Positions 31,182 to 40,847 are shown, numbered from the stretch's first letter. The stretch: DNA of 64,000 nt from Sumerlaeia bacterium (GCA_040219255.1 JAVJSW010000068.1:32001-96000), one strand, 5' to 3'. Translations and numbers: made by a program. The notes: generated from the sequence alone by a model not told the origin.

Positions 31182-31817
31182 CTAATACGTCGTCGCGTAC
31201 AAACCGCCCGTGCGTTCCATCCAGTCGGCGATGCGTTCCACCGCGCCGCCGATGTCGTTGTCCGAGACATCGACCGTCAAAGTCCGCAGCCGAGACTCGC
31301 CCACAAGGCAGTCCATGAGGCGCTGCTCTTCGATGAAAACATCGAGTGAGTCGTATTGACTCGGGTTGCCCGAGACTTTCAGGCGCCGTTCGCGGGCGGC
31401 GGCGAAGGAATCGGGCGAGCGCCGGCAGTAAATGAGACGGAAATCCAGGGCGGCGAGGCGATCCTCGAGCCAGCGGAAGTCGAGGTCTTTGCCCCGGTTG
31501 GTCAGTTGGAACGACCGCGTGGCGATGTGGAAACGGTCGACGATCCAGGAATAGTAGCGCTGAAGTTCGAAGAGGCGCATCCAGGTGGCGTAGGTTTCCA
31601 TCGCCATGGCTTCTTCTTCGGGATTGAAATTGATCAGCCCCCGGCCCCAGGGAAAGTTCGAGAAGGCGCACCATTCGCCGGAGACGACGGGCGAGTGGTA
31701 GCGGTATTTGCGGGGACCGACGAGGCGGGGATGCTCGTTGAGGGCGAAGGCGATATCGGTCTTGAAGGTCAGGCGGGTGCCTTCGAGGATGATTTTCGGA
31801 ACCAGTTTTCCACCCAT
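31182..31817 (-). CDS. Conserved hypothetical protein with an NMP/thymidylate-kinase-like fold
   Basis: KIILEGTRLTFKT (P-loop-like) and WIVDRFH. Confidence 0.6.
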   Translation of the reverse strand: MGGKLVPKIILEGTRLTFKTDIAFALNEHPRLVGPRKYRYHSPVVSGEWCAFSNFPWGRGLINFNPEEEAMAMETYATWMRLFELQRYYSWIVDRFHIATRSFQLTNRGKDLDFRWLEDRLAALDFRLIYCRRSPDSFAAARERRLKVSGNPSQYDSLDVFIEEQRLMDCLVGESRLRTLTVDVSDNDIGGAVERIADWMERTGGLYATTY

Positions 31818-32300
31818 GGCGGTGCGTGCCCCCTTTCGGTTTGGAGCGGTCGAATCACCCGGCATTGAGACTGGTGCGCCGGGGCGAGGGCAACAAGTCC
31901 CCTCCTTCGCCGCAGGTCATAATCGGCGGCTGGGGAATTTCGCCGCGATGGACGGTCGATGGGTTCACGCGCTGAATTTCGAAGGGAGGGTTTGCCGGCG
32001 CATTCTGTTCTTTGGGGAATCGAAAAAAACAAAAAAGCCCCTCTCCTCCTGTGGAAAGCCTTGCAAACGCTGGAGTTCTCTGCTATCCGCACTCCAGAGT
32101 CCCTCTTTCCAGCTTTCGATCGTGTGATGAAATAGGGTTGACCGACTCGCCCCCAAGCCGGAAGTTTGGAAGTCACGACAATGGCGTGGAGACTGTAGGG
32201 TCAACAATTCGAGGCGATCACCCGCCCCCGAACCCGGCCCCCGGTTCCTCCCCCCCGTCGTTATGAGTCCCTATTTTTTCGCAACGATCGCCCCTCGCCG

Positions 32301-32915
32301 ATGCCTATCATCAACTACCGCACTCGCGAGATAAACTGTAAAATCGTTTACGTCGGCCCCAGCCTCGGCGGCAAGACGACCAATATCAACGTTATCCACG
32401 GCCTGATCCCTCAGAACAACCGCACCGAACTCCAGTCCATCGACACCGAGGGCGACCGCACCCTGTTCTTCGATTACTTCTCGATGGACCTGGACGACAT
32501 CCACGGCTTCAAAACCAAGTTCCTGATCTACGGCGTGCCCGGGCAGCCCTACTACCGCTCGACCCGCAAGATGGTCCTCAACGGCGTCGACGGCATGGTC
32601 TTCGTCGCCGACAGCGACAAGTCGCGCCTGCAAGACAACATCGAGTCCCTGCTGGACCTGAAGTCCATGCTCGCCGAGTACGGCTACGATTACAGTTCCA
32701 TCCCGCTGGTGTTTCAATACAACAAGCGCGACCTGTTTTTCATCACGCCGGTGGAAGAGTTCGAGGAAGTGTTGAACGACCGGTCCTGCCGATCCTTCGA
32801 AGCCATCGCCATCGAAGGCAAGGGCGTGGTGCAAACCTTCCGCGCCGTCTGCGCCGAGGTGATCCTCAAACTCAACGAGACCCTCAGCCAGCAGTACGGT
32901 TCCTACAAATCCTAA
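32301..32915 (+). CDS. mglA: MglA-family small GTPase
   Basis: INCKIVYVGPSLGGKTTN, DRTLFFD, VPGQ, GVDGMVFVADS, YNKRDL. Confidence 0.9.
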   Translation: MPIINYRTREINCKIVYVGPSLGGKTTNINVIHGLIPQNNRTELQSIDTEGDRTLFFDYFSMDLDDIHGFKTKFLIYGVPGQPYYRSTRKMVLNGVDGMVFVADSDKSRLQDNIESLLDLKSMLAEYGYDYSSIPLVFQYNKRDLFFITPVEEFEEVLNDRSCRSFEAIAIEGKGVVQTFRAVCAEVILKLNETLSQQYGSYKS

Positions 32916-32940
32916 CGCAGCAGCCCCGGCCTGTTCTTCC

Positions 32941-33483
32941 ATGACCTCGAAAAAAGACACCACGGCTCCAGGACTTTCCAGACGCAGACGGCGCGATCCC
33001 TCCGCCACCGGCTTCTACTCGCTTTCCTCCCAGTGTCTCGACACCGTTCAGGAAGCTCTCAAGCAGTTGACCGCCGACAGCCAGGCCCGATGTGCCCTGG
33101 TGGTGGACCGTACCGGTTGCGTGATGGCCAGCGAAGGCAAGTACCCGGAAACCATGGGCGCCACCGCCGCCGCCACCATCGCCGCCCTCAACGAAATGGT
33201 CGCCACCGCCAGCAGCCCCGAAGTCTCCGTCCGCTTCTATGGGTCCGAAGTCGATCAAATCCACTTCGTCCTCTTGCAGAAGCGCTTGGTCCTTTGCCTG
33301 CTTTACAGCCGCAACGTCACCACGGAGCAGGTCCGCTCCGCCGCCCGCACCTTCGTCAATGCCATCGGCCCGCAAATCGAGCAGGACCGCCAGCGCAACC
33401 TCGAAGACGAAGCGACCCTGATTCAATCGGTCAACTACATCGAGTCCAAGCTCGACGAACTCTTCAAGGATCAGTTGCACTAG
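32941..33483 (+). CDS. mglB: Roadblock/LC7 protein (MglB-like GAP)
   Basis: ALVVDRTGCVMA...AAATIAA; adjacent to mglA; C-terminal helix ESKLDELF. Confidence 0.75.
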   Translation: MTSKKDTTAPGLSRRRRRDPSATGFYSLSSQCLDTVQEALKQLTADSQARCALVVDRTGCVMASEGKYPETMGATAAATIAALNEMVATASSPEVSVRFYGSEVDQIHFVLLQKRLVLCLLYSRNVTTEQVRSAARTFVNAIGPQIEQDRQRNLEDEATLIQSVNYIESKLDELFKDQLH

Positions 33484-33511
33484 AGGCCCGGCGCCTCCGG
33501 CCCCGACGCGC

Positions 33512-33919
33512 CTACTTCTGGCTCATCAGGTTCGCGATCAGCTTCTGCAAGCCGTCGTCGCCCTTGTTCTGCAAGAAGCTGATGACGATCGGCGCGAACT
33601 TCACGATCATGTCGCTGTCCAGGCCCAGCTTGTCGAAGCCCGATGCCAGCTTCGCCATGTCGGCCATTTGACCGCCCTTGCCTCCGCCCAGGGACGACGC
33701 CAGTCCCCCCAGCAGCCCACCCAGGCCCCCGCCCCCCGTCGAAGGCGCCGCGTTCATCATGTCCTGCGCGTCCTTCTGGCCGATCGCGTCGAGAATCTTG
33801 CTGAAATCGCCACTGCCCAGCTTCTCTTTCGCCATCTGCAACATCATGCCGACGCCGCCCTTGGCCTGACCTTCGTCCACATTGAGCTGCTCGATGAGCT
33901 GCTTGATCAAATCGTTCAC
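33512..33919 (-). CDS. DUF2780 family protein
   Basis: LNVDEGQAKGGVG...FDKLGLDSDMIVKFAP; GTG start. Confidence 0.8.
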   Translation of the reverse strand: MNDLIKQLIEQLNVDEGQAKGGVGMMLQMAKEKLGSGDFSKILDAIGQKDAQDMMNAAPSTGGGGLGGLLGGLASSLGGGKGGQMADMAKLASGFDKLGLDSDMIVKFAPIVISFLQNKGDDGLQKLIANLMSQK

Positions 33920-33965
33920 GGTTATTCTGTCCTTACGCAGTCGTTTTGGTCCGCCAGGATGGTTC

Positions 33966-35531
33966 TCAGGCCTTGCGCTCCGCAATCCCAACCCGGCGCG
34001 CGACGCGCAGCAAGTCGCCCCGCACGCGCTCCACCGCCGCGACCGCCGCGGGATCCGCGCCAAAGCCCCCGCTTTCCAGCAACTCCAGCCGGTCCAGTAC
34101 ATCGGACGCGCCCTCGTGGCGGTTGGGCCGGCGCTGATCGCCGCGGCTCACAATGTCGCGCTCGCTCAAGAGCGCCGCCATCGCCGCCGCTTCCTCCAGC
34201 CTCCCCTGGCGCGCGCCCTCGAGCAGCAGCATTCCCAGCCTCGGGTGCAGCGGCAGCGCCGCCAGCTTTTCCCCCTCCGGAGTGAGCGTCCCGTCCTCGC
34301 GCGCGGCGCCCAGCATCCACAGCAGCCGTTCCGCCCGCGCCAGCGCGTCCGGCCGGGGGGGCTCGAACCAGGTGAATGCGCTGAGGTCCCGCACGCCGTA
34401 GCCGCGCAGCGCCAGCACCGTCGCCGCCAAGTCGGCGCGGTGGATTTCCGGCGCGTCGTGCTCGTCCAGCGCCAAGTGCTGGCTCCGCGTCCAAAGCCGC
34501 AGGCATCGCCCCGGCCCCGTCCGCCCCGCGCGACCCATGCGCTGGGTGGCGCTCGCCTGCGAAATGCGCCGCAGTTCCAGCCGGTCGATGCCCAGCCGCG
34601 CGTCGCTCATCATCACCCGCGCCCAGCCGCAATCCACCACCGTGCGGACGCCGTCGATGGTCAGCGACGTTTCCGCGATGTTCGTCGCCAGGACGATCTT
34701 GCGCCGGCCGGGGGCGCTGGGGCGCAGCGCCGCGTCCTGATCGGCGGCTTTCACGCTACTGTGCAGGATGTGGCGGTCGAACTCGCGGGGCAGATCGGAC
34801 AGGAGCTGCTCTGTGCGGCGAATCTCCCCGATTCCCGGCAGGAACACCAGGATGTGCCCGCCCGGATCCGCACCGGGAACCAGAGCCCGCCTCACCGCCC
34901 GTGCCGCCTGCTCCGGGATCGGCGCCTCGTCGGCCCGGTCCAGGTGCTCGACCTCGACGGGAAACATGCGGCCTTCGCTCTCAAGGGCCGGAACGCCGCC
35001 GAGGAACTCCTGCACCGGAGCTGGATTCATCGTCGCGCTCATCACGACGATGCGCAGGTCCGGCCGCACTGTCGTCTGGATTTCCCTCAGCAGCGCCAGC
35101 GCCACGTCGGTATGGATACTGCGCTCGTGAAACTCGTCCAGGATCACGCAGCCGATGCCCTCCAGGAACGGATCGCCCTGGATCTGGCGTGTCAGAATGC
35201 CTTCTGTCAGAACGCGGATGCGCGTTCGGGGGCCGATCTTGCGGTCGAAGCGAATATGATAGCCGACCTCTTCGCCGACGCGCCAGCCGTTCTCCTCGGC
35301 GATGCGGGACGCCGCCGCGCGGGCCGCCACGCGCCGGGGCTGGAGGAGCACCACCGCCGGGTTCTCGCGCGAGAGCCAGCCCGCCCCCGCCAGCGCCGGA
35401 GGCAACCGCGTCGTCTTGCCCGCGCCCGGCGGCGCGAGGAGCACCGCGCCGGGTGCTTGGGAGAGGGCGCCGGTGAAATCCGGCAGAAGGGGATCGATGG
35501 GCAGCGGGTTTTTTGGCGGCGTCTTCGGCAT
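33966..35531 (-). CDS. hrpB: HrpB-type DEAH RNA helicase, C-terminally truncated
   Basis: APPGAGKTTRLP, DEFHERS, MSAT, ATNIAETSLTIDG, QRMGRAGR, LPLHPRL. Ends after about 520 aa. Confidence 0.85.
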   Translation of the reverse strand: MPKTPPKNPLPIDPLLPDFTGALSQAPGAVLLAPPGAGKTTRLPPALAGAGWLSRENPAVVLLQPRRVAARAAASRIAEENGWRVGEEVGYHIRFDRKIGPRTRIRVLTEGILTRQIQGDPFLEGIGCVILDEFHERSIHTDVALALLREIQTTVRPDLRIVVMSATMNPAPVQEFLGGVPALESEGRMFPVEVEHLDRADEAPIPEQAARAVRRALVPGADPGGHILVFLPGIGEIRRTEQLLSDLPREFDRHILHSSVKAADQDAALRPSAPGRRKIVLATNIAETSLTIDGVRTVVDCGWARVMMSDARLGIDRLELRRISQASATQRMGRAGRTGPGRCLRLWTRSQHLALDEHDAPEIHRADLAATVLALRGYGVRDLSAFTWFEPPRPDALARAERLLWMLGAAREDGTLTPEGEKLAALPLHPRLGMLLLEGARQGRLEEAAAMAALLSERDIVSRGDQRRPNRHEGASDVLDRLELLESGGFGADPAAVAAVERVRGDLLRVARRVGIAERKA

Positions 35532-35627
35532 GGGGCGGGCTGGCGCGGGCGTTCGTCCTTTTCCAACGCGAACGATCACAGGGGCGAGGGCCCGCCGCTG
35601 CAAGCCCACTTCCCGCCCGGCGGCTCC

Positions 35628-37637
35628 CTACGGATTGGGGATGTAGAGAATCGCCAGGTTTTCCACGCTGGTGTTCACGGTTTCCGTCAATCCGACACCG
35701 AATCCGCCGGGGAAGCTATCGCGAACCCGGAAGGAGACCGAGTAAGCCCCAGCCGTGACCGGCGTGGCGTAGGACACGTCGAGGGAGACGTCGTATTGCT
35801 CGCGGTGGATTTGAGCGGTCGAGGCGTATTCCCATCCGCTGCGCTTGGTGAATTCGGGCGTATCGATCGTTTCCGGGCCCTGCAGCCGCACGGAATAAGT
35901 GACGCGGGAGCCCTCGAGCGACAAGCCCGCGTCGGGATCGAAGCTGACCGACACATCGCCCGTTCCCGACATCAAGATCACGCCGTCCGATGGGAAAACC
36001 ACGTCGCCCAGATCGATGGTGCGTTGCGTCGCATCGAGCCGGTCCGCCAGGAAACCGCTTAGATTATAGGTCCGCATCGCGCCCGAGCGCAGCGGGCTCA
36101 GGTCCACGGTGCCGCCGCCTTTGCTCAGCGACAGAAACGGATTGCTGAAGCTCAGCGCCTGGATTTCGTTACTGGCGCTGGCATCCGCGTCGTTGATCAG
36201 CGAACTCAGGTTCACAGTGCCCCCGCCGTCGGAGAGCGTCAAATTCGGGAAACTGAACGACAGCCCCTGGAATTCGTTGAGCGGGTCCGGGTCCGCGTCG
36301 TCGATCAAGGAGGCCAGGTTCGCCCCCCAAACGGAGCCGCCCTCGTTGATGCTCAACTGCGTGCCGGACAGCTGCATGCCCGTGATGCGTTCGTTGGTGG
36401 GGTCGGCGTCCGCGTCGTCCACCAAGTCCGGACCGGGGCCGGTGTAGGCCGTGCTCTGGATCGTGCCGTCGGGGAATTCGATGCCATTGCGGCTGACAAA
36501 GGTACGGAAGATCAGGTCCTCGCCGCCCAGCGGATTATAGCTGCCGCCGGAGAACTGGAACATCTGGCCGTCGGGGTAATCGTCAGTGGTCGTGATCCCC
36601 ACCACGCCCGCCGGATTGGGGCCGCCGAACCACTTCAGGCCGATCGTGTACTCCTGGCCCGCTTCTACAAAGCCCGGTGTGTCGAAGGGAACGTTGACGA
36701 AGCCATCATCGGGTATGAGCGTCAGATTCACCGGCTCTACGGCGATCCGCGTGCCGTCGATCCCAACGCCCTCGTAGAGGCTCACCTCGAGCACGAGGAC
36801 GCCGGGGGCTGTCTGCGAGCCGAACAGGAAGATCGCGAGGGAAGGCACCGAGCCTGATTCTCCCGCGAGGAAAGTCTGGAAGATACCCTGGTTCAGCCGG
36901 TCCGTTACGATGCCGAGATTCTCCTGGTCCAGCCTCAGATCGCCGCCCCGCACGATCACCGAACCGTCCACGTCCAGCTTGGTCCCAGGGGCCGCGGTAC
37001 CCACGCCGACGTTGCCTTCGCCATCGACAAAGACCACATCGCCCGGCGAGCCGTCCTGAGCGTCCAGCGAATGCCCGTCCGGCACCCCCGCCAGCAGCGG
37101 CGCCAGATCCACCCCGGCGCCGCCGGAAATGTTCAACTGCGAGCCCGTCAGTTCCAGGTCCTGGAGTTCATTGGTTATCGACTGATCGAATTCGCTCGCT
37201 TCCTTCCCATCGAGCAAATCCGCGTTCATGGCGAACGGCACCGGCAGAATCGCCACGCGGCTGCCCAGCATCGTGTAGAGCGACTCGTTCGCCGTCTCCA
37301 CCGCTTGTCCCGTGACATCCACACCGATTTCCAGATAAAGAACCGAGTCGCCATCGATGATACCCGGTCCGAAATCCAATTCCGTACGCACGATACCGTT
37401 TTCGATGACCAGATCGTCCGCCACGTCGGTCCCCAAGAGCGCCCCACCAACCGGGGCGTCATAGAGCCGGAACCGCAGATCCGCCGTGGCATCGACGGCT
37501 TGCGTACCGTCGGCCAGGTATCCTTGATAAGAGAAGCTGCTCCCCAGGGAACCGCCCTGGGCCACAGCGGTTGTAGCATCGGCTGCGGCGAAACAGAGCG
37601 CGCCGGCAGCAATCAATCGAATGGGCAACACCATCAT
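35628..37637 (-). CDS. Secreted fibre/adhesin-like surface protein with DAD-x-x-x-x-NE repeats
   Basis: Signal peptide; FSYQGYL..LRFRLYD; VPFAMNADLLDG; GNVGVGT; IEFPDGTIQSTA; repeated DADADPTNE units. Confidence 0.75.
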   Translation of the reverse strand: MMVLPIRLIAAGALCFAAADATTAVAQGGSLGSSFSYQGYLADGTQAVDATADLRFRLYDAPVGGALLGTDVADDLVIENGIVRTELDFGPGIIDGDSVLYLEIGVDVTGQAVETANESLYTMLGSRVAILPVPFAMNADLLDGKEASEFDQSITNELQDLELTGSQLNISGGAGVDLAPLLAGVPDGHSLDAQDGSPGDVVFVDGEGNVGVGTAAPGTKLDVDGSVIVRGGDLRLDQENLGIVTDRLNQGIFQTFLAGESGSVPSLAIFLFGSQTAPGVLVLEVSLYEGVGIDGTRIAVEPVNLTLIPDDGFVNVPFDTPGFVEAGQEYTIGLKWFGGPNPAGVVGITTTDDYPDGQMFQFSGGSYNPLGGEDLIFRTFVSRNGIEFPDGTIQSTAYTGPGPDLVDDADADPTNERITGMQLSGTQLSINEGGSVWGANLASLIDDADPDPLNEFQGLSFSFPNLTLSDGGGTVNLSSLINDADASASNEIQALSFSNPFLSLSKGGGTVDLSPLRSGAMRTYNLSGFLADRLDATQRTIDLGDVVFPSDGVILMSGTGDVSVSFDPDAGLSLEGSRVTYSVRLQGPETIDTPEFTKRSGWEYASTAQIHREQYDVSLDVSYATPVTAGAYSVSFRVRDSFPGGFGVGLTETVNTSVENLAILYIPNP

Positions 37638-37827
37638 ACACCTCGTACCTTGTAGGATAAACGAGTGAGGTGGAGAGTGGAGCGACGAATCAAGGTTTTA
37701 TTAACACTCAATGTTTGAAGAATCGAAATCTGAAAATATATCTCCGTCACTAATAAGAACCGCCTTGAATGTCTCTATGTCCAAGAAATCCAAGTGCGGG
37801 CAAGGAACATTGGCTGGTTCTAGAGCT

Positions 37828-38376
37828 TCATTCCAGCCCCGAAATCCACTCGTCCGTCGTCTTCACATCCGCCAGCAGCCAACTGTGCGTCACCAGCACC
37901 GCGCGGTGCAGTTCCTCCGCGCTGACCTTGCCCTGGGCCGTTTCGAAATCCAGGGTCCCGGTGCCGTCCGACAGGAACTCGACCTTGTAGCCGCGATGAA
38001 AGGCCTCGCGCGAGGTCGTGTCGCAACACATCTGACTCATGTAGCCCGCGATGACCACCGTGTCGATGGCGCGCTCCCTCAGCCACGCGTCCAGGTTCGT
38101 GTTCGTGAAACTGCCGGGCAGGTGCTTCTCGACCAGCAGATCGTGCGGGCGCCTGGCGATTTCTGGATGTAGCTCGGCCTCTGCCGAACCGGCGCGAAAG
38201 GCCGGCGCGTCCGGCGCCTCGAACGTATGGCGCACCACCACCACCGGCACCCCGGCGGCCTGGGCGGCGTCCATGGCCTGCAAAATCCGGGTCAGCGTAT
38301 CCGCCGGGTAACTGATCGGCAAGGCGCCGGTGAAGTATTCGTTTTGCACGTCGATGACGATGAGAGCGCGTTTCAT
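37828..38376 (-). CDS. Isochorismatase-family cysteine hydrolase
   Basis: ALIVIDVQNEYF, EKHLPGSF, GYMSQMCCDTTSR. Confidence 0.9.
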   Translation of the reverse strand: MKRALIVIDVQNEYFTGALPISYPADTLTRILQAMDAAQAAGVPVVVVRHTFEAPDAPAFRAGSAEAELHPEIARRPHDLLVEKHLPGSFTNTNLDAWLRERAIDTVVIAGYMSQMCCDTTSREAFHRGYKVEFLSDGTGTLDFETAQGKVSAEELHRAVLVTHSWLLADVKTTDEWISGLE

Positions 38377-38503
38377 GGGGCGGGGGTCCTCTTCGATCCA
38401 AAGCTCCCACGACCCCAATTGTGCGGCCTCTCTGGTGCAAGCGGACTTCCGGATTCCGGGACATGGAGTTAACGGACCGAGGAGACTCACAGAAAGAAAC
38501 GCC

Positions 38504-38631
38504 GCCACGGATTTTCGCGGATCGGGAGCCAGATCGCTTGCGAGGTCTTGTTCCCCGCGGCTGTTACTTTCCGGACCACCTCACAGGCAGACATCCAAAG
38601 TCCATCCGTGGCAATTCCCCTCGGCCAAGCA
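38504..38631 (-). repeat. MITE/REP-like element (family A, copy 2)
   Basis: gccacggat...atccgtggc ends; interior similar to 29354-29487. Confidence 0.7.
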
Positions 38632-38787
38632 CCGCCAAGCCCCCGCTCCGTGCCCCCGGCCGCGCCGGGTTGAACGTGAAGGATCGAGGGAGCAAAGGTG
38701 CGCGGCAGGAAAGGGATTGCGTCTTGTGTCATCAATTCCTTTAGATGCCTGCAAATAGTTTCGCACTGAGGCACTATGAGGTACCCC

Positions 38788-40353
38788 ATGAACATTCGAA
38801 CGACTCTCGCCGCCGCGGCCTTCGCCCTCGCGGCCGTTCTGCCGCTCTCCGCGGCCGAATCCCTCCCCGAAGTCCCCCGGGAATTCCGGGCCGCCTGGGT
38901 GGCCACTGTGGCCAACATCGACTGGCCCACCAAACCCGGCCTTTCCACCGAAGAGCAAAAAGCCGAAGCCATCGCCATCCTGGACAAAACAGCGGACATG
39001 AACATGAACGCCATCGTGCTCCAGGTCCGCCCCGCCGCCGACGCCCTCTATCCGTCCAAGCTCGAACCCTGGTCCTACTACCTGACCGGTCAGCAGGGCA
39101 AAGCCCCCGAGCCCTATTACGATCCCCTTGAGTTCTGGGTCGATGAAGCCCACGCCCGAGGCATCGAGCTGCACTGCTGGTTCAACCCCTACCGCGCCGG
39201 CCACCCGACCCAGAAGGGCGAGTTCAGCGACGACTCGGTCCAGAAGACCAAGCCCCAGATCGTCCGCCAACTCGCCAGCAAGGGCTTCTTCTGGATGGAC
39301 CCGGCCATGAAGGAAACCCAGGACCACAGCATCGCCGTGGTGATGGACGTGGTGAATCGCTACGATGTGGACGGCATTCACTTCGACGATTACTTCTACC
39401 CCTACCCGTCCTACAACGATGGCGCGGATTTCCCGGACGACGAATCGTGGGCCGCCTACCAAGCCAGCGGCGGCACGATGGAGCGCGGCGATTGGCGGCG
39501 CGAAGCGGTCAACGATTTCGTCCACCGCCTCTACGATGAAATCAAAGACGCCAAACCCCACGTCATGCTCGGCATCAGCCCGTTCGGCATTGCCCGCCCC
39601 GGCAAGCCCCGCGAAATCAAGGGCTTCGACCAGTACGCCACCCTCTACGCGGACACGGAAAAGTGGCTCGACGAAGGCTGGGTCGATTATTTCACTCCCC
39701 AGCTTTACTGGAACATCAATCAGGTCCCGCAAAGCTTCCCGCTGCTGCTGGGCTGGTGGGTGCAGAACAATCCCCACGACCGCCACATCTGGCCCGGCCT
39801 TTACACCAGCCGCTTTGGCACGCCGGGCGACGACCGCTATAACATTGAGGAGTTGGAGAACCAGATCCTCATCACCCGCGGCATGCCGGGCGCCACGGGC
39901 CATGTGCACTTTAGCATGAAGGCGTTCATGAACAATCCCGAGGAGCTGGCCGCCCGCATCGCGGACAAACTCTACTCGGAAGCCGCCCTCGTCCCCGCCT
40001 CGCCTTGGCTCGGCGACGACGAACCGGGCCAGCCCGCCGTGACCGCCACCGCCAACGAGGCCGCCAATCAGGTGGTCGTTTCCTGGAAGCCCGAGGACAA
40101 GGACGAAGCGTTCCTGTACCTGGTGCAGATGAAGCGCGGCGGGGATTGGGATCACCGGATCGTTTCCGGCTCCAGCGACTCGGTGACGCTGCCGCTGCGC
40201 CGCACCAAGGTCGTGACCGAGGCCTCGAACCAGGGCCTGGACACCAAGGAGACGGAAGTCATTGGCGACCCGATCGGCCTGGTGGCGGTCTCCGCCGTCA
40301 GCCGCAACGGCATCCAGGGCGAAGCCGTCCTGGCGGAAGTCAAGGCGGAGTAA
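38788..40353 (+). CDS. Glycosyl hydrolase-like 10 (YddW/DigH family), secreted
   Basis: EFRAAWVATVANIDWP, HCWFNPYR, DGIHFDDYFYPY, PQLYW. Confidence 0.9.
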   Translation: MNIRTTLAAAAFALAAVLPLSAAESLPEVPREFRAAWVATVANIDWPTKPGLSTEEQKAEAIAILDKTADMNMNAIVLQVRPAADALYPSKLEPWSYYLTGQQGKAPEPYYDPLEFWVDEAHARGIELHCWFNPYRAGHPTQKGEFSDDSVQKTKPQIVRQLASKGFFWMDPAMKETQDHSIAVVMDVVNRYDVDGIHFDDYFYPYPSYNDGADFPDDESWAAYQASGGTMERGDWRREAVNDFVHRLYDEIKDAKPHVMLGISPFGIARPGKPREIKGFDQYATLYADTEKWLDEGWVDYFTPQLYWNINQVPQSFPLLLGWWVQNNPHDRHIWPGLYTSRFGTPGDDRYNIEELENQILITRGMPGATGHVHFSMKAFMNNPEELAARIADKLYSEAALVPASPWLGDDEPGQPAVTATANEAANQVVVSWKPEDKDEAFLYLVQMKRGGDWDHRIVSGSSDSVTLPLRRTKVVTEASNQGLDTKETEVIGDPIGLVAVSAVSRNGIQGEAVLAEVKAE

Positions 40354-40424
40354 CTCCCGCCGCATCGCCGAGGAAGATGGCTCGAACGCCCTGGGGTTTC
40401 CCGGGGCGTTCGCACGTTAGGGGG

Positions 40425-40847
40425 TCAGGCTTCTTCGGCGCTCGGTTCGCGGCGCAGGGCGCCATTGCTCTGGGCCGCCACGGCGTCGTCGACGAAGCTG
40501 CCTTCCTCCGGCGTGAGGCGCAGCTTTTCGAGCCCAAAGCGCCCGATCAGGTCCTGCACGGCCTGGAAGCGGGAGATGTGACGGGACCGTGCCACCAGAT
40601 CGATGAAATCGTTGGGTTGGTTGGCGGGACAGCCGGTGTATTCGCAGTGGTAGGTATTGCGCCGGGGATTGATGACCAAGGTGCGGAACACGTGGTCCTC
40701 GTGGATGGGACAGAAGCAGCGCCAGAGGCCCTTCACCTTGTTGGCCCGCGCCGCGTTATAGTCGAGGAAGTCGATGAGCTCGCGCGCATCCAGAGCCGCG
40801 TTCACGCGGGCGCAAATCATGGAGAACTGGTGCTCGTTGACTTTCAC
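40425..40847 (-). CDS. Stand-alone CHC2-type zinc-finger protein (primase ZBD-like)
   Basis: CPIHED...YHCEYTGC...NDFIDLV...SRFQAVQDL; GTG start with SD. Confidence 0.7.
   Translation of the reverse strand: MKVNEHQFSMICARVNAALDARELIDFLDYNAARANKVKGLWRCFCPIHEDHVFRTLVINPRRNTYHCEYTGCPANQPNDFIDLVARSRHISRFQAVQDLIGRFGLEKLRLTPEEGSFVDDAVAAQSNGALRREPSAEEA

Noticed and set aside
33882-36062. 726-aa plus-strand ORF (likewise 16769-18583 and 58770-60971)
   Set aside because: These are antisense shadows of hrpB, tex and the subtilase.
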